The notes: generated by a model from the letters alone, not told the origin. 64,000 bases of DNA from Octopus bimaculoides (GCF_001194135.2 NC_068994.1:18393962-18457961), one strand, 5' to 3'. Counted from the stretch's first letter, positions 48,095 through 61,628 are shown. Translations and numbers: made by a program.

Positions 48095-48167
48095 TGTCCT
48101 GGGCAGGCTTCAACCACCAACCTTTTGGTTGACAGCTGAATGTGCTAACCAATTGTACCACAGAGAC
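48095..48167 (-). pseudogene. tRNA-Asn-derived pseudogene, copy 3 (anticodon GTC)
   Basis: GTCTCTGTGGTACAATTGGTTAGCACATTCAGCTGTCAACCAAAAGGTTGGTGGTTGAAGCCTGCCCAGGACA; closest to the tRNA-Asn consensus, with a 1-nt deletion in the acceptor stem. Confidence 0.85.
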
Positions 48168-48330
48168 AATTAAGTGTATTTACTGAAAATTCATAGTAAG
48201 CTGTTCAGAAATCATGATAATACATTATTTATACAAGCAAAGAAAGCCAAAGAAAAACAAAGGGAAATTTTTGAAGAAGCTTAGAAAAAGAAATCTTTTC
48301 TCAAATGTATAAAAAAACAATATTTAAAAA

Positions 48331-48604
48331 NNNNNNNNNNNNNNNNNNNNNNNNNNNNNNNNNNNNNNNNNNNNNNNNNNNNNNNNNNNNNNNNNNNNNN
48401 NNNNNNNNNNNNNNNNNNNNNNNNNNNNNNNNNNNNNNNNNNNNNNNNNNNNNNNNNNNNNNNNNNNNNNNNNNNNNNNNNNNNNNNNNNNNNNNNNNNN
48501 NNNNNNNNNNNNNNNNNNNNNNNNNNNNNNNNNNNNNNNNNNNNNNNNNNNNNNNNNNNNNNNNNNNNNNNNNNNNNNNNNNNNNNNNNNNNNNNNNNNN
48601 NNNN
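48331..48604. other. Assembly gap (others: 25480-25489, 30443-30506, 38134-38325, 54300-54352)
   Basis: N runs; four of the five fall in or next to SINE-A microsatellite linkers. Confidence 1.
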
Positions 48605-49389
48605 AGTGATGTTATTTCTGAGAATAGAACAAATTTGGATTTCATAATCAGTAAAGCAGAACGGAAAATTAGCAGTCTCTCTGGCTCTACCCTTCACTCA
48701 AGATACTATATGTGTGTATGTGTCTGTGTGTGTGTGTCTAAGGTGAACCATCTCTATATTAACAATAAAAATATTACAACAAAAGATAAGAGGTTCCATT
48801 GTTTGTCCAACCTCTCTATATGCATATGATCTATGTGCAGGGGATTTTACATATACAACCCCACCCACAAAAAAAAAAAAAAAAAACTGATGGAGTACTC
48901 AATACATAGCATAGAGTAAAAGTAAGTACTGTCTTCAGCCCTAGGACTTGCAGGGCTGGTTACCTGGTTTTCATAGCATATAAGTGACAGAGATCACAAC
49001 AGGGCATCATTCATCACAGGATTACTCATTTACAGCTGAATGGACTGAGCAACATGAAATGTTTTAATCAAAAACATGATGCACTGCCCAGCCAGGGAAT
49101 CGAAACAATGCTCTTATGATCATGAGTGCAACACCTTAACCACTACGCCATGCATCTTCACAGCATACAGGATATAATTATATTTAATTGGTTGATACTT
49201 TCTGCCATTACATTTAAACTTCACAAATTTTGAGCTATCAGCTGATCATGCCAGGCCATAATGAAAAGCATGCCTTAATTCAAGATGACACTAGGACCTC
49301 AAAGCTGAATTGGTTAACGCAGAGCATGCAAATCATACACAAAGGGTAATAATTCACAACAGCTGTTCACACATACACAGAATGTATGT

Positions 49390-49439
<50 letters not shown>

Positions 49440-51186
49440 CTCTATGTATAGTAACAGTAGTACTTCGTTTATAGATGCCAGAAAAAGGAATATAATCTCT
49501 TTCCTCTCTTCTCTGTTTGTTGAAGAAGATAAGCGTATGTGAACTTCACCCATCTATATCACATGCTTGTGCATATATCTATATTCCATATGTATACTTG
49601 TGTAGGTTCGTAAAACCTATATACATACATAAGTATACATATATGTGCGTTCTTGTGTGCACATATATGTATGTGTGTTTAAGTAGGTCGTGTTTATATT
49701 TTTAATCATTTGGAATTTTTCCTACCAGGAAAGAGCTGGTTTTTAACAAAAATAAATAAATAAATAAATAAAAAAATAAAACCCTACAATTTTTGGTTAA
49801 ATAAAATGATACGTGTTATGTGTTCAACTTCAGAAAAGTTTTGTGCATTTTTTTCTGCTCAATTTACAGATGTTTTTTCAAAATGGATTTAACTGGTCAT
49901 TTGCCTGAAAATTGTAACTTTTCAAGATTGTCACTTGAACACTTCATTTATATAGCCAAGTACAGCTTATTCAATGAACTTGTACCAATATTAAAAGCTA
50001 TTACTATTTTTATTGCAAACATGGTGATGTAGTGACCAATATGGTTCAGTGTTAGACAGAATAGTGACACTCTTATACATTCTGAGTTCAAATCCTACGG
50101 AGACAGACTTTGCATTTCCACCTCTTAGTTTCACAAAATAAGTATCAGGTATACACTGAGTTAATCCCAGATAACTACACCCTCTTCCTCTTGTGAAAAA
50201 AACCCTTATATATATATATGCTGGTGCCATATAAAAGGCACTAAGCACTCAAGTGGTTGGCATTAGGAAGGTCATCTAGTGGATTGAGTCATCGCCATCA
50301 TTATGTCCATTTTCCATGCTGGCATGGGCTGGATGGCTTGATGAGAACTGGCAAGGGGATGCACCTGGTTCCATAGCCTGTTTTGGCTTGGTTTCAACAG
50401 CTTGATGCCCTTCCTAATGTCAAGCACTCTACAGAATGTACTGGGTACTTTTTATGTGACACCATCACCAGTGCTTTTTATGTGGTACCAGCGCACACCA
50501 ATGCTTTTTACATGGCACTTCTGAAAATATTACTTGCTCCACATTGACTTTGGAGTGATGGAAGGCTAAGTTGGTCTTGACAGGATTTGAACATAAAATT
50601 TAAAGGAACATAACGTAAACACTACAAGGTATTTTGTGTTGTGCCTTACCAAATAAGCTGATCATTTTATTCCTTCTTTAATGTCATTATTTATCTAGCT
50701 GTTATATTTCTGAGTTCAAATTTCACTGAGGTCGACTTTGCCTTTCATCCTTTCAGTGTCAATGAAATAAGTACCAGTTACACATTGGGGTTGATGTAAT
50801 CAACTAGCTCCCTCTCTTAACATTTCAGGCCTTGTGCTTACAAAGATTACATTTCTCATTACATCTCATTCTTTGTCAGTTTTGTCAATTTCTTTGACTC
50901 TGCACATGTAACGCTTTCTTCTTTCTCCCGACCTTGCTGTAAATCACCATAATTAGTATTGTTGTTTACATTATCTGGTTAACAATTTCAATGGAATGAA
51001 AAGAGAAACCAAAAAAAAAAAAACAAAAAAAAACACCCAAAAAACAAAAAAAAAACCAAACCCAAACGACTGTATTTACAATTGATAAAGTACTTTTTGA
51101 GGATGGTTAATGCATTGAAAAGATGCAAAAATATTTAAATGCCTCCTCGTGTATGACGTATTTGTATGTAATCTATATTTGTACAT

Positions 51187-51256
<70 letters not shown>

Positions 51257-54127
51257 CATACATACATATATATATATATACATATACATACATACATACA
51301 TACTCACACACATGTACATACATTAACAACACAATCTTTTTGAAGCAGAAAGAAATAATTTTCCTGATGTCTTCTTAAAAGGAATGTAAGTTGGTATAAA
51401 GTTACGTCAGAAACCGCAGACATATGTTGAACATATTGGGGCAACATTATACATAGTAGATTAGGAATTAGCTCTGCTACCATGTTTGTATATACAGCCA
51501 GGAGCTGTGCTCTGCTGAAATCAGCAAAATAAACAGTTTTAATACTGAGTAATAATTTTAAGTTCCTTTCATCCGTATCAACATTCTTATCATTATTATC
51601 ATTATTTCAACTGATGGTTTTTGTTCCTGAAACCAACATAAGAATTATATGGGATTCTGCAGCATGGCCTATCATCATTCTTTCCATTCTCTTGTCAGAA
51701 GAACTTATACTCTTACTATATCTTTCTTGGAGTGTGTTTCTACTATGGCTATCATCTAATTGAAGCAGAAAACAAAAATAAAGTAAGGAAGGCAGGGGAA
51801 GAAATTTGTGGTACCTGATCTGAAAATATTGGGTCTTCTAGATAAAATGACATAAGATTGAGAAGAATGGTTATAGAAAATACCCACTTATATGTGAATT
51901 TATGTACTAATCCCTCTCAGGTTTTGTATGACAAAATATAAAAGATAATTTGAACGTACATAATTATATAATTCATATATATAACCTAAAATCCTAATGG
52001 GAATGGCTTACTTTTCAGTCAAGCTGAAGTTAATCAAATAAATCCTGCCAATAAATTTGCATCCTTTTTGTCAGTTTAAGAAAATATAACCTAATACAAT
52101 TAGTGTGAATACCTGTGGCCTAGTGGTTAAGGTGTTGTACTTGCAATTGTAAGATAATGGTTTCAATTCCTTCTTTAGAGTAGAGAAAGGGTTGGCTATG
52201 ACAACATCTAATGCTTTGTTGTTAAGATGTTAGAGTGTAATTTGAGGAAAATTTGGTTATTTCTAGCATGGAGAGTCCATCATCAGCTTTGTCACTTGCT
52301 ACATCTAGTGATATAATAGGATTTATTAAACATCAAATGGCTAGGAGGGTCCATTTGAGTAAAATAGGAATCAAAGGGGTCAATAGGCAAAAAATAGTTG
52401 AGAACCACTAGGTTAGAGAGTGAGTGTGCAAGTGAAGTAAAACAAGTAAATGGGAGTGGTTAGCTTTCTGTTCTTAATTGTACTGTTTCAGTTGTCTTTA
52501 ATCCCATCATCATGTAATGTCTGTTTTCCATGCTAGCATGATAAGTCTGACAGGATCTGGTGAGCTACAGAGCTGCTCCAGGCCTAAACCTTCAGCAAAC
52601 TGTAAGTGCATCATGTCACTATATGAGTTGTCTCCTCTCTCAATTCGACACAATGCACCAGCAGCTACAGGGCAGAAAACTTGAATGGCTACATGATGTG
52701 CCTAAGTGTTCTAACAGTTAATGTCAGCTTTGGTATGGTTTCTGTGGCTGGATGCCCTTCTTAACACTAACTACCTTACAGTGTGTACTAGGTGCTTTTT
52801 CCATGACACTGGCACTAGTAAAGTTACCAAGTAGCTTGAAAGACATGGTAAAGAAAGGAGAAGAACATAAAAGGTAAAGGATGAAACCATAGGACTTTTT
52901 TTTTTCTTGTACTGGTCTCTAAATAGCTACAGAAGGAATTTTCCAAATATGTACTTTTGAATTCTAATGTGGCAAGGGCTTTCAGTTAGATGCCTTCTGT
53001 ACTGGCAACAAATGAAGACGGTATCAGAGGTTGCATGGTGCATAACACCACAAACAAACAAACATAAAACTCAAGCTAATAGGGAGTCTCTATGTATGGC
53101 TTGACCTTCTAGAGATAACAGCTAAATCTCTCTCAAATTACAACCTATTGTCTTAGAAAAAAAAAGTATATTGGAAAGTGTTGCCTAAGTTACACTGTAC
53201 ATGAAAATAGTAAAGAATGTCATAGCTAAAATGCTTTTGATCACAGGTCTGTTTCCATTGGGGTTGGTTACTCAATAACAAATGTAAAGTATCTCAGCCA
53301 TATATATAAATGCAGTGACAAGATCCTTTCACCTACATCTGGTAAGGCTAAACATATCCATTGATTACAAAGCAGGAAAAAAATAAAGGGTGAGTGAGCA
53401 AAAAGTTATTTCCTACACAATAATATTGTGGTTAAACATTGTGATATGGTATGATTCAATAAAATGCTTATATCAGTAATAGATTGGAAACTGTGGAGAA
53501 ATATTTGTCTTGCTCTCACAGAAGAGTAAAATGTAATTAAGGTTGGATTCCTAGAGGAACAACTGAGAAGCAGATCAAAACGAGATAGTTGGAAACTAGT
53601 CAACAAAATATCAAACATACTGATGGTGACTAAATAGAGAAATAATTAATTTAGTAAAATAAATTTTACATTAAATGTTTGTGGTCAAATTTTATAATTT
53701 GGCTTTTATTAAGAGTTACCAGATATCACAGGAGACTTGTGTGTTTATTAATGTTAATGGAGTTCCAGCTTGTTTTTCCTGCACAGTTTGTCACACAGAA
53801 TAATAAACCTGTAGGCTATTTCTAATATCCTCTGTTCCTAAGCGTGCTGTTTCAGTTATTCTTTAATCATAATGAGACGCAGTAGCTAAATGATTAAAGC
53901 ATTAAACATTCTTCCACATAGCTACCAGTGGGAATTTTTTTTCAAATTCAGATATTTGCTTTTTAACAAGTTAAAATTTTTCAGCAAGAATCCCTCTGTA
54001 CAGTTAACAAAGCAAGCTGCTATGAGGTTGGATTATTACACAACATCAGCATGTGGACAAAAGCCACCAGATTAATGTTTCTTGCCTTAACTATACAATG
54101 CAATACTTAAATAAAGTTTCTGTTCTT

Positions 54128-54375
54128 GAGCATGGCTGTGTGGTGAGAAATTTGTTTCCCAACAACATGGTTCCATGTTCAGTTCCACTGTGTAGCACCT
54201 AGGAAAAGTGTCTTCTGCTACAGCTTCAGACTGACCAAAGCCTTGTGAGTGGATTTGGCAGACCAAAACTGAAAGAAGCCCATCGTGTATATTATATATN
54301 NNNNNNNNNNNNNNNNNNNNNNNNNNNNNNNNNNNNNNNNNNNNNNNNNNNNATATATATATATATATATATATG

Positions 54376-54412
<37 letters not shown>

Positions 54413-54634
54413 ATATCTATGTGTGTATGTTATGTCTGTGTTTGTCCCCCCGCCACCACTTGACAACTGGTATTGGTGTGTTCATGTCCTTGTAACTTAG
54501 TGATTCGGCAAAAGAGACCAATAGAATAAGTACTAGGCTTAAAAAAAAGTCCTGGTGTCAATTTGTTCAACTAAAATCCTTCAAGGTAGTGCCTTAGCAT
54601 GGCCACACTCAAATGACTGAAAAAAGATAAAAGA
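54128..54634 (+). mobile_element. SINE family A
   Basis: Expanded (TA)n linker containing an N gap. Confidence 0.85.
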
Positions 54635-55540
54635 TATGGGAAATCATAAGCCATCAGTTTATTGCTATCTTCATGCCTCTAAATAATGCTGAATGGAGTC
54701 TTTAACTCCATTCAGATTTGGCATTCAGATTACTCTGCAAAATGTAATGCTTATTTATGCACATTATTTTGAATCAATCTTATATTCTCTTGCAGCTTTG
54801 AGATTTTGATGATGTGATCATTTAGTTTTAAAATGACATTGCAAGAGTAGATGTAAATGGCCAGATCTGGCTGGTTTGAACACAAAACAGGTAGAATGTC
54901 TGAACTGGATATGGCTGGTTTAAATGCTAAAGGGTAAAGGAAGGAACATTTTCAATATTCGTTTCAAATTATACAAACATCAGTATTTTTGTATGCAAAT
55001 CAAAATTTATTTAACTGTAGAAAAAATATGAAGAAATTGTATTTTGTTTTATTTTATGTCATTAAAAACCATATATATTAAGAAACAACTTTGATACAAA
55101 TTAATTGATTCACTAATTTATTCCCATTTATTATTAAAGGACACATTAAAGTGGATGAGCTGGCAGAATTGTTAGCTTCTATGTATGTCCTTATGGATAA
55201 TAAAAAATTAAGAATTGTAAGCACACTGGATGGAATGCTTAGTGGCATTTCGTCTGTCTTTATGTTCTGAGTTCAAATTCTGCTGAGGTCAATTTTGCCT
55301 TTCACCCTTTCGGGGTCAATAAAATAAAATACCAGTTGAACACTGGGTTGATGTAATCGACTCATCCCCTCTCCCAAAATTGCTGCTCTTGTGGTGAAAT
55401 TTGAAACCATTATAAAAGGACACATTGAGAAGTGTTAAGCTAAGGAAATTCAAGATGGTCTGAACAAAAAAAAAAAAAACATTTGAAAAATCTTTTGGTA
55501 AAAAGATGATGCTTTATTCATATTCCTTTTACAATTCAAA

Positions 55541-55862
55541 TGAAGGTGCATGGCTTAGTGGTTGGGGTATTTGGCCCAAAACTGTAAGGTCATGAGTTCA
55601 ATTCCTGGGGATGTGTCGTGTCCTTGAGCAAGGCACTTTATTTCATGTTGTTCCAGTCCACTCAGGGGGCAAAAATAAGTAGTACCTGTATTTCAAAGGG
55701 CAAGCTTTGTCACATTCTGTGTCACAGTGAATCTCCTTGAGAACTACGTTATGGGTACATGTGTTTGTGGAGTGCTCAACCACTTGCATGTTAATTTCAC
55801 AAGCAGGTTGTTCTGTAGAGTGGATCAACTGGAACCCTCATCATTGTAACTGCAAAGTGCCA
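55541..55862 (+). mobile_element. SINE family E
   Basis: TGAAGGTGCATGGCTTAGTGGTT..GTGTCCTTGAGCAAGGCACTTTATTTC..GAGAACTACGTT..GGATCAACTGGAACCCTC. Confidence 0.8.
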
Positions 55863-56324
55863 ATTATTTACAACCCAAGGAGAATGCCAGTTGCTTTATC
55901 TGCTAGAAATAGCAATAAAATCTTCATATCACACACTGTCACTTGAAAAAGAAGAGAAATGTTAGATAACGTAGCCCCAGATAACTCTAAATAGATGGGA
56001 TAGTCATGGTTGGAATGCATTTAATTATAGGTCTGCTTGATTAAGGTCATGAAGAACACCACCACCCCCCTTTTCTAGTAACTAATGTGATAACTTTGGA
56101 TTAATTTATTTCAGTAATTAAACAGCAATCAACAGAATTTGTTATGATATTTAATAATTACACATGCAGTATTATTATATAAACCCTTATTCCAGTTCTT
56201 ATTTAATCATTCTTATAATACATCCCATTTTTACTTCCTCTATACTCCCTGTTGATTTATTGAAACTTGAAATGAGTAACATCTATTTTTAACACCAATT
56301 CATTTCTTTCATACTGTAGAATTA

Positions 56325-56390
56325 GCGTCGTCGTCGTCGTCGTCGTCTTCGTCTTCGTCATCGTCATCGTCATCATCATCATCATCATCG
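56325..56390. repeat. (GTC)n-(GTCTTC)-(GTCATC)-(ATC)n compound trinucleotide repeat
   Basis: Direct reading; it is the tail of an adjacent RTE-type repeat. (GAT)n tract also at 30800-30855. Confidence 0.9.
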
Positions 56391-56648
56391 TTTTAACATC
56401 TACTTTTCCATGTTTGTATGGGCCAGACAGAATTTTGGTGAGGCAGATTTTCTTCAATAGGATGCCCTTCCTATCACTAACCCTCACTAGTTTCCAGTTA
56501 AGGCAATATTTCCCCATGACCAGATGTGTTTTCATAGAAGATTGAGAAAGAAGGACACTGCTTGTATGAAGGTGACACTCGTTTACAACTATCATGTGAT
56601 GTCAAGACAAGGTGACAGTAACATACACACATACATATATATATGACT

Positions 56649-56939
56649 GGCACTCTGTTGGTTACGATGATGAGGGTCACAGTTGATCTGATCAATGGAA
56701 CAGTCTGATCCTAAAATTAATGCACAAGTGGGAGACTCAAGGAGATTCAGTGTGACACAAAATGTGACAAGGCTGGCCCTTTGAAATACAGGTACTACTC
56801 ATTTTTGCCAGCTGAGTAGATTGGAGCAACGTGAAATAAAGTGTCTTGCCAAAGGACACAACGCATCCCCAGGAATTTGAACTCATGACCATTATGATCG
56901 GGAGCCAAATACTGTAAACATTAAGCCACGTGCTTTCAC
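56649..56939 (-). mobile_element. SINE family E
   Basis: Reverse complement of 55541-55862, lying ~0.8 kb away. Confidence 0.75.
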
Positions 56940-57325
56940 TACACACACACGATGAGCTTTTTTCAGTTTCTGTCTACAAAATTCACTCAAAAGGCTTTGG
57001 TTGACCTGAGGCTATAGTAAAAGACAGTTGGGACTGAACCTAAAACCATGTATTTCGGAAGCAAACTTCTCACCACACAGCCACACCAAAAGTGATTTTT
57101 CCAAGACAGGAAAAAAAAGAAAAAAAATGAATAAGAGTATTATTCACATTCTGTAAAAATATACGTATCTGAATCTCTATAGACAAAGAAAGGTATATAC
57201 ATTTGAAGAGATTAGTTCTTTCATCTTCATGGCACTAAAAATGATGGGCTGACAGATTGATCCAGCCATCGTATAAGGATTGCTTGTTTTTGTTATTTCT
57301 GTGTGCTTTTTGTTTTTCCTCTTAC

Positions 57326-57347
57326 CATTTGCAAAAGATGTTTTCAT
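57326..57347 (-). CDS. Candidate distal mini first coding exon (MKTSFAN + 1 nt)
   Basis: ATG AAA ACA TCT TTT GCA AAT G|GTAAGA is a phase-1 donor compatible with the NHR1 acceptor. It sits in non-repetitive sequence, with a possible acceptor ttccag at 57411-57412 and a CT-rich tract upstream. Could be chance. Confidence 0.3.
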
Positions 57348-59313
57348 ATTGAAATACAATTGATAGGAGGAATAAAGACGTATGCGATAATGGTACTCCC
57401 AAGAGTTAAACTGGAATTAAGATTGAATAAAAAGACATCTAAGACAAGAGTCAAATATATTGTTAAGTAGTATTGCTTTTCACAAGAATATTCCAAAGAT
57501 TAACATACTTTGAAGTCAATGGGAGTGGAGTTAATAATGCCTCGTTGATAATGTATGCATTTTATTTGAGGGAAGTTGAAGTGATACAGAGAGAAGAGGG
57601 AGGGAAATAGATAGCAAGAGAGAGAGAGAGGAATGGGGAGAAAGAGAGAGAAAAGAAAAGGGATGAGAGAAAGGAAGGAGGAAGAGAGAAAGGAATGAAG
57701 ATATAGAAGGAGGGGAAAAAGAATGGAGTAAGGTTGCATACACCTGAAATAAACATTGAAATGATACTACAATAAAAATTACAGGTATTAAATATTTTAT
57801 AAAAGCTGAAGACACAGCATATCAAGAGCAAGCTGTGTAGTGGCACAAGACAGTGCCTACTGGAAGAGTTTGTTATATCTGAGAAATGCTGATAAGTATT
57901 TAGAACATTAGAAGGATCAAGAACAGATTAAATCCGATGTAGCTATGCGGAAAATAACTAATAAAGAAGAACTTAGAGGAAAAAGGCAATGAATATAATT
58001 GCTGCCAGAGTATGGATGTGTTAAAGGAAAGTGAGAATGTTAATAAAAGCCAATGTCACGGAGCTAGAAGTTTACATGGAAACTAGCTAAGAATCGAGAA
58101 ATATATTGGAGATTGTCAGAGTGACCTTATCTAACAAAATGCTGGCATAGAAATATAGATATTACAACTTTATGTCATCTATGGGAATAACAAAAAGTTT
58201 AATACTGGATTTTATTCCCCAAATAAATTATTTCAAAGCAGCCATAAAATTTATCAAGTCTTTGTAATGTTAAGTTGGTTGATGAATATGGTAATTGAAA
58301 TATCTAGTTAACTTCCCTGAGCACTGAAAGCGTAGTTTAGATATCAAACATCAGTGCATGTCACACAAATATTTATTTTATCAAAAATAAACACCACTTC
58401 TTTAACCGTTTAGCATTCAAATGTGATGCTTATTTATTTACATTGCTTTGAATTAATCATGCATTATCTTGTGGCTTTGATATTTTGATGATGTGGTTGT
58501 ATATTTTTAGTTTGATATTGTAGGGTAAGTGTAAGAAGCCAGATCTGGCCAGCTTGAACATAAAACAGATAGACTGTTCGGGGCCAGATATGGATGGTTT
58601 AAATGCTAAAGGGTCAATTATTAAGACAAATAATCTGGTGCTTTAAAAACACAACAAAAAAGAGGAAGATGAAAAAAAAAAAACAACAAAAGAAAAAAAA
58701 AACTATGTGAGTGAGCAAATTACTTCTTCTTTAACCAATCAATTTCACAGCTAGTATTTAAATTGTGCTTTCTCTTTAGTATAAAACATTTAAAAATAGT
58801 CAGTTGTTTGATCTGCTATGCTTCAGCACCTTTATAAAATTATGGTATGTTGCAGCAAGCTTCAAAGAGTGAAAGTAAATGTTAACTATTTGTTCAGGTT
58901 GTAAAAAATCATCTACAGTGATATGTATATATATTATATATATGTTATAATAAAGAAATTAGAAAACGGGGAGAGATATTTAATTCATGTTACTCCATCC
59001 TCCTCTTGAAATCAAACATTCTTTCATAGATATTTTCAAATATATTCTCTAAACCAATTTACAATTTGGAAATAGCTTTTGATGTGACAAGCAGATGGAC
59101 TGGATGTCTATGGTAGTTTCCATGAATTAATTGCTAATTTTATTTTGGCCATAAATCAAGTTGGCCTGCTTTTCATTTCACATCAGATTTAATATCTGAA
59201 TGGATTCTGTTTGGGAGTCTGCTGGGCCATCACTTCTCATTTTCCATATCACAAACTGCAATTTCATTCTGCAAAGCTGTCCCAAGCAATAAAACAGAAA
59301 TATAGCAGGAGAA

Positions 59314-59346
<33 letters not shown>

Positions 59347-59853
59347 GATAAAAACAAAACAGAAACATTCTAAATTATATCTCTTCAGCAAAGCACTAAG
59401 ATGAAATTGCTTTGACTTTTATCAGAAACTTTCCATAACAAGCAGTAGAATTCTAAAGATTTCTTTATCACATGTATAATGTGATTATTTTAAGAGATGT
59501 GGACAAGAGGATGTGTCGTGTCAAGATGTATACTGTATAAAGAAACTCATCTTTATGTGGTAAACCTGAATAAATCTTGTGAATGAATACGTGAAAGGAG
59601 AAATAGATATTTAGTGCTGATACAAGAAGCGGAAGGAAACAACCTATATACTACCATCATAACACATCAACAAATAATACAGAATGTAGATCACTATCAT
59701 CGCTGAGTAGCAGTATTTAGATACGTCCCTTTACAACCTGAGTTCAATTCCAGCTGAAGTCAACACTATAATTCTTCCTTCTGTTAACAAGACAAAAGTA
59801 CCAGTCAGTAAAAGAAATACTAATTCTAAATTGGGATTGATATGGTAGACTAT

Positions 59854-60019
59854 AGGCGCAGGAGTGGCTGTGTGGTAAGTAGCTTGCTTACCAGCCACAT
59901 GGTTCTGGGTTCAGTCCCACTGCATGGCACCTTGGGCTAGTGTCTTCTACTATAGCCTCGGGTTGACCAAAGCCTCGTGAGTGGATTTGGTAGAGGGAAA
60001 CTGAAAGAAGCCTGTCGTA

Positions 60020-60063
<44 letters not shown>

Positions 60064-60296
60064 ATGTGTGTGTGTATATTTGTGTGTCTGTGTTTGTCGC
60101 CCTAGCATTGCTTGACAACCGATGCTGGTGTGTTTATGTCCCCGTCACTTAGCGGTTCGGCAAAAAGTGATTGATAGAATAAGTACTAGGCTTACAAAGA
60201 ATAAGTCTCGGGATCGATTTGCTCGACTAAAGGCGGTGCTCCAGCATGGCCACAGTCAAATGACTGAAACAAATAAAAGAGTAAAAGAGAGTAAAG
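59854..60296 (+). mobile_element. SINE family A (young, full head AGGCGCAGGAGTGG)
   Basis: Complete head through tail. Confidence 0.9.
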
Positions 60297-60603
60297 ACTA
60301 TCCATCCCAAGCTCAAATATCTAACATTGTGCTGATGTAAGCAACAGCGATCATTGGCAGAATTATTATCACACCAGGCAAAGTGCTTAGTGGCATTTTG
60401 TCTATCTTTACGTTCTGAGTTCAAACTCCACCGAGGTAGACTTTGCTTTTCACCCTTTCAGGGTTGTTAAAATAAGTACCAGTCAAGTACTGGGGTTGAT
60501 GTAATCGACTTGCCCTTCACCTGAAGTTGCTGGCCTTGTGCCAAAATTTGAAACCAATATTATTGTCATTGATGGAAGAGCAAGCAAAATGTATTGCGGA
60601 ATA

Positions 60604-61009
60604 CAGCTGTATCTAAAAAGTAAAATAGTCACCACTTGAAAGTGGATGTTGCATTAGAACACACAAACACTGCGATATTAACCAAGAGAGAAAAACTCTC
60701 ATATGGTTTTACAGTGCATAAGAGCACATAGTAGGCTATTGCCAGTGGCAGACATTCAGCACCACTTCTGCTATCAGTACTACCAAATCATGTGATTTCG
60801 GCCTCTTTTGGCCTTGACCTGGCAGCTGAAGCAGTGGTGATTGTCTGCCACTGGTAATAGCTATGATGTGCTTTTATGCACCAAATAGCCATATATACCA
60901 AGAGCCATATAAGAGTTTTTCTCTCTTTGTAAATATTGCAGTGTTTGTGTGTTCAAGTGCAATATCCATGTTTAAGTGATAATTATTTTACCTTTCGATA
61001 TTAATACTG
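60604..61009. mobile_element. Foldback/palindromic MITE with ~170-190-bp arms
   Basis: 60604-60776 is the imperfect reverse complement of 60819-61009, for example GAACACACAAACACTGCGATATTAACCAAGAGAGAAAAACTC versus GAGTTTTTCTCTCTTTGTAAATATTGCAGTGTTTGTGTGTTC. Confidence 0.85.
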
Positions 61010-61628
61010 CTTCTGTCACTCTATTTATAGCTACATCTCTTTATATTCTGGATTCAAATCTTACCAAATATTGAAATTGAAGTGATCAGCTATACATCTT
61101 CCCACAAAAAATTGGCTCTATACTTATCAACAGAGTACTGGGAAAAATGTTTGACAGTATTTGGCTATGTACCTTTAAATATTGGTTGGATAGTTAAGAA
61201 TTTAGCTTTGCAGCCATGATATCTCATGTTTCATCCCACTGCATGGTATGTTGGACAACTCCAACCTTGTGAATAAAATTGGATAGGTGGAAACTGTGTG
61301 GAAGTCTATCAGATGGATTGTACCTGTAATTCAAAGGTACATCATAGTCATGGAGAGTTGCCAGGGCTCTATTTGTCGTTATTTTTGGCATTGTTTCTAG
61401 AGCCAACCACTTCACAGAATGTACTGGGTGCTTTTATGTGGTACTGGCACCCATCAACTTGCAAGACTAGGATCTCTTGGCTGACAGAGGGATGTAGAGG
61501 ACGTACCTGCATGCATGGACAGCCATAATTTTACTGAGCTTGGCATGTCTTCATAAATACTGCCAACCACCAGAGGTCTCAGTCCTTTGTCATTTCCTCT
61601 GTGAGACTCAAGTGTACAAATTTTTATT

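Noticed and set aside
52112-52172. tRNA-like sequence GTGGCCTAGTGGTTAAGG..TTCAATTCC
   Set aside because: Isolated SINE head fragment that cannot form a cloverleaf.
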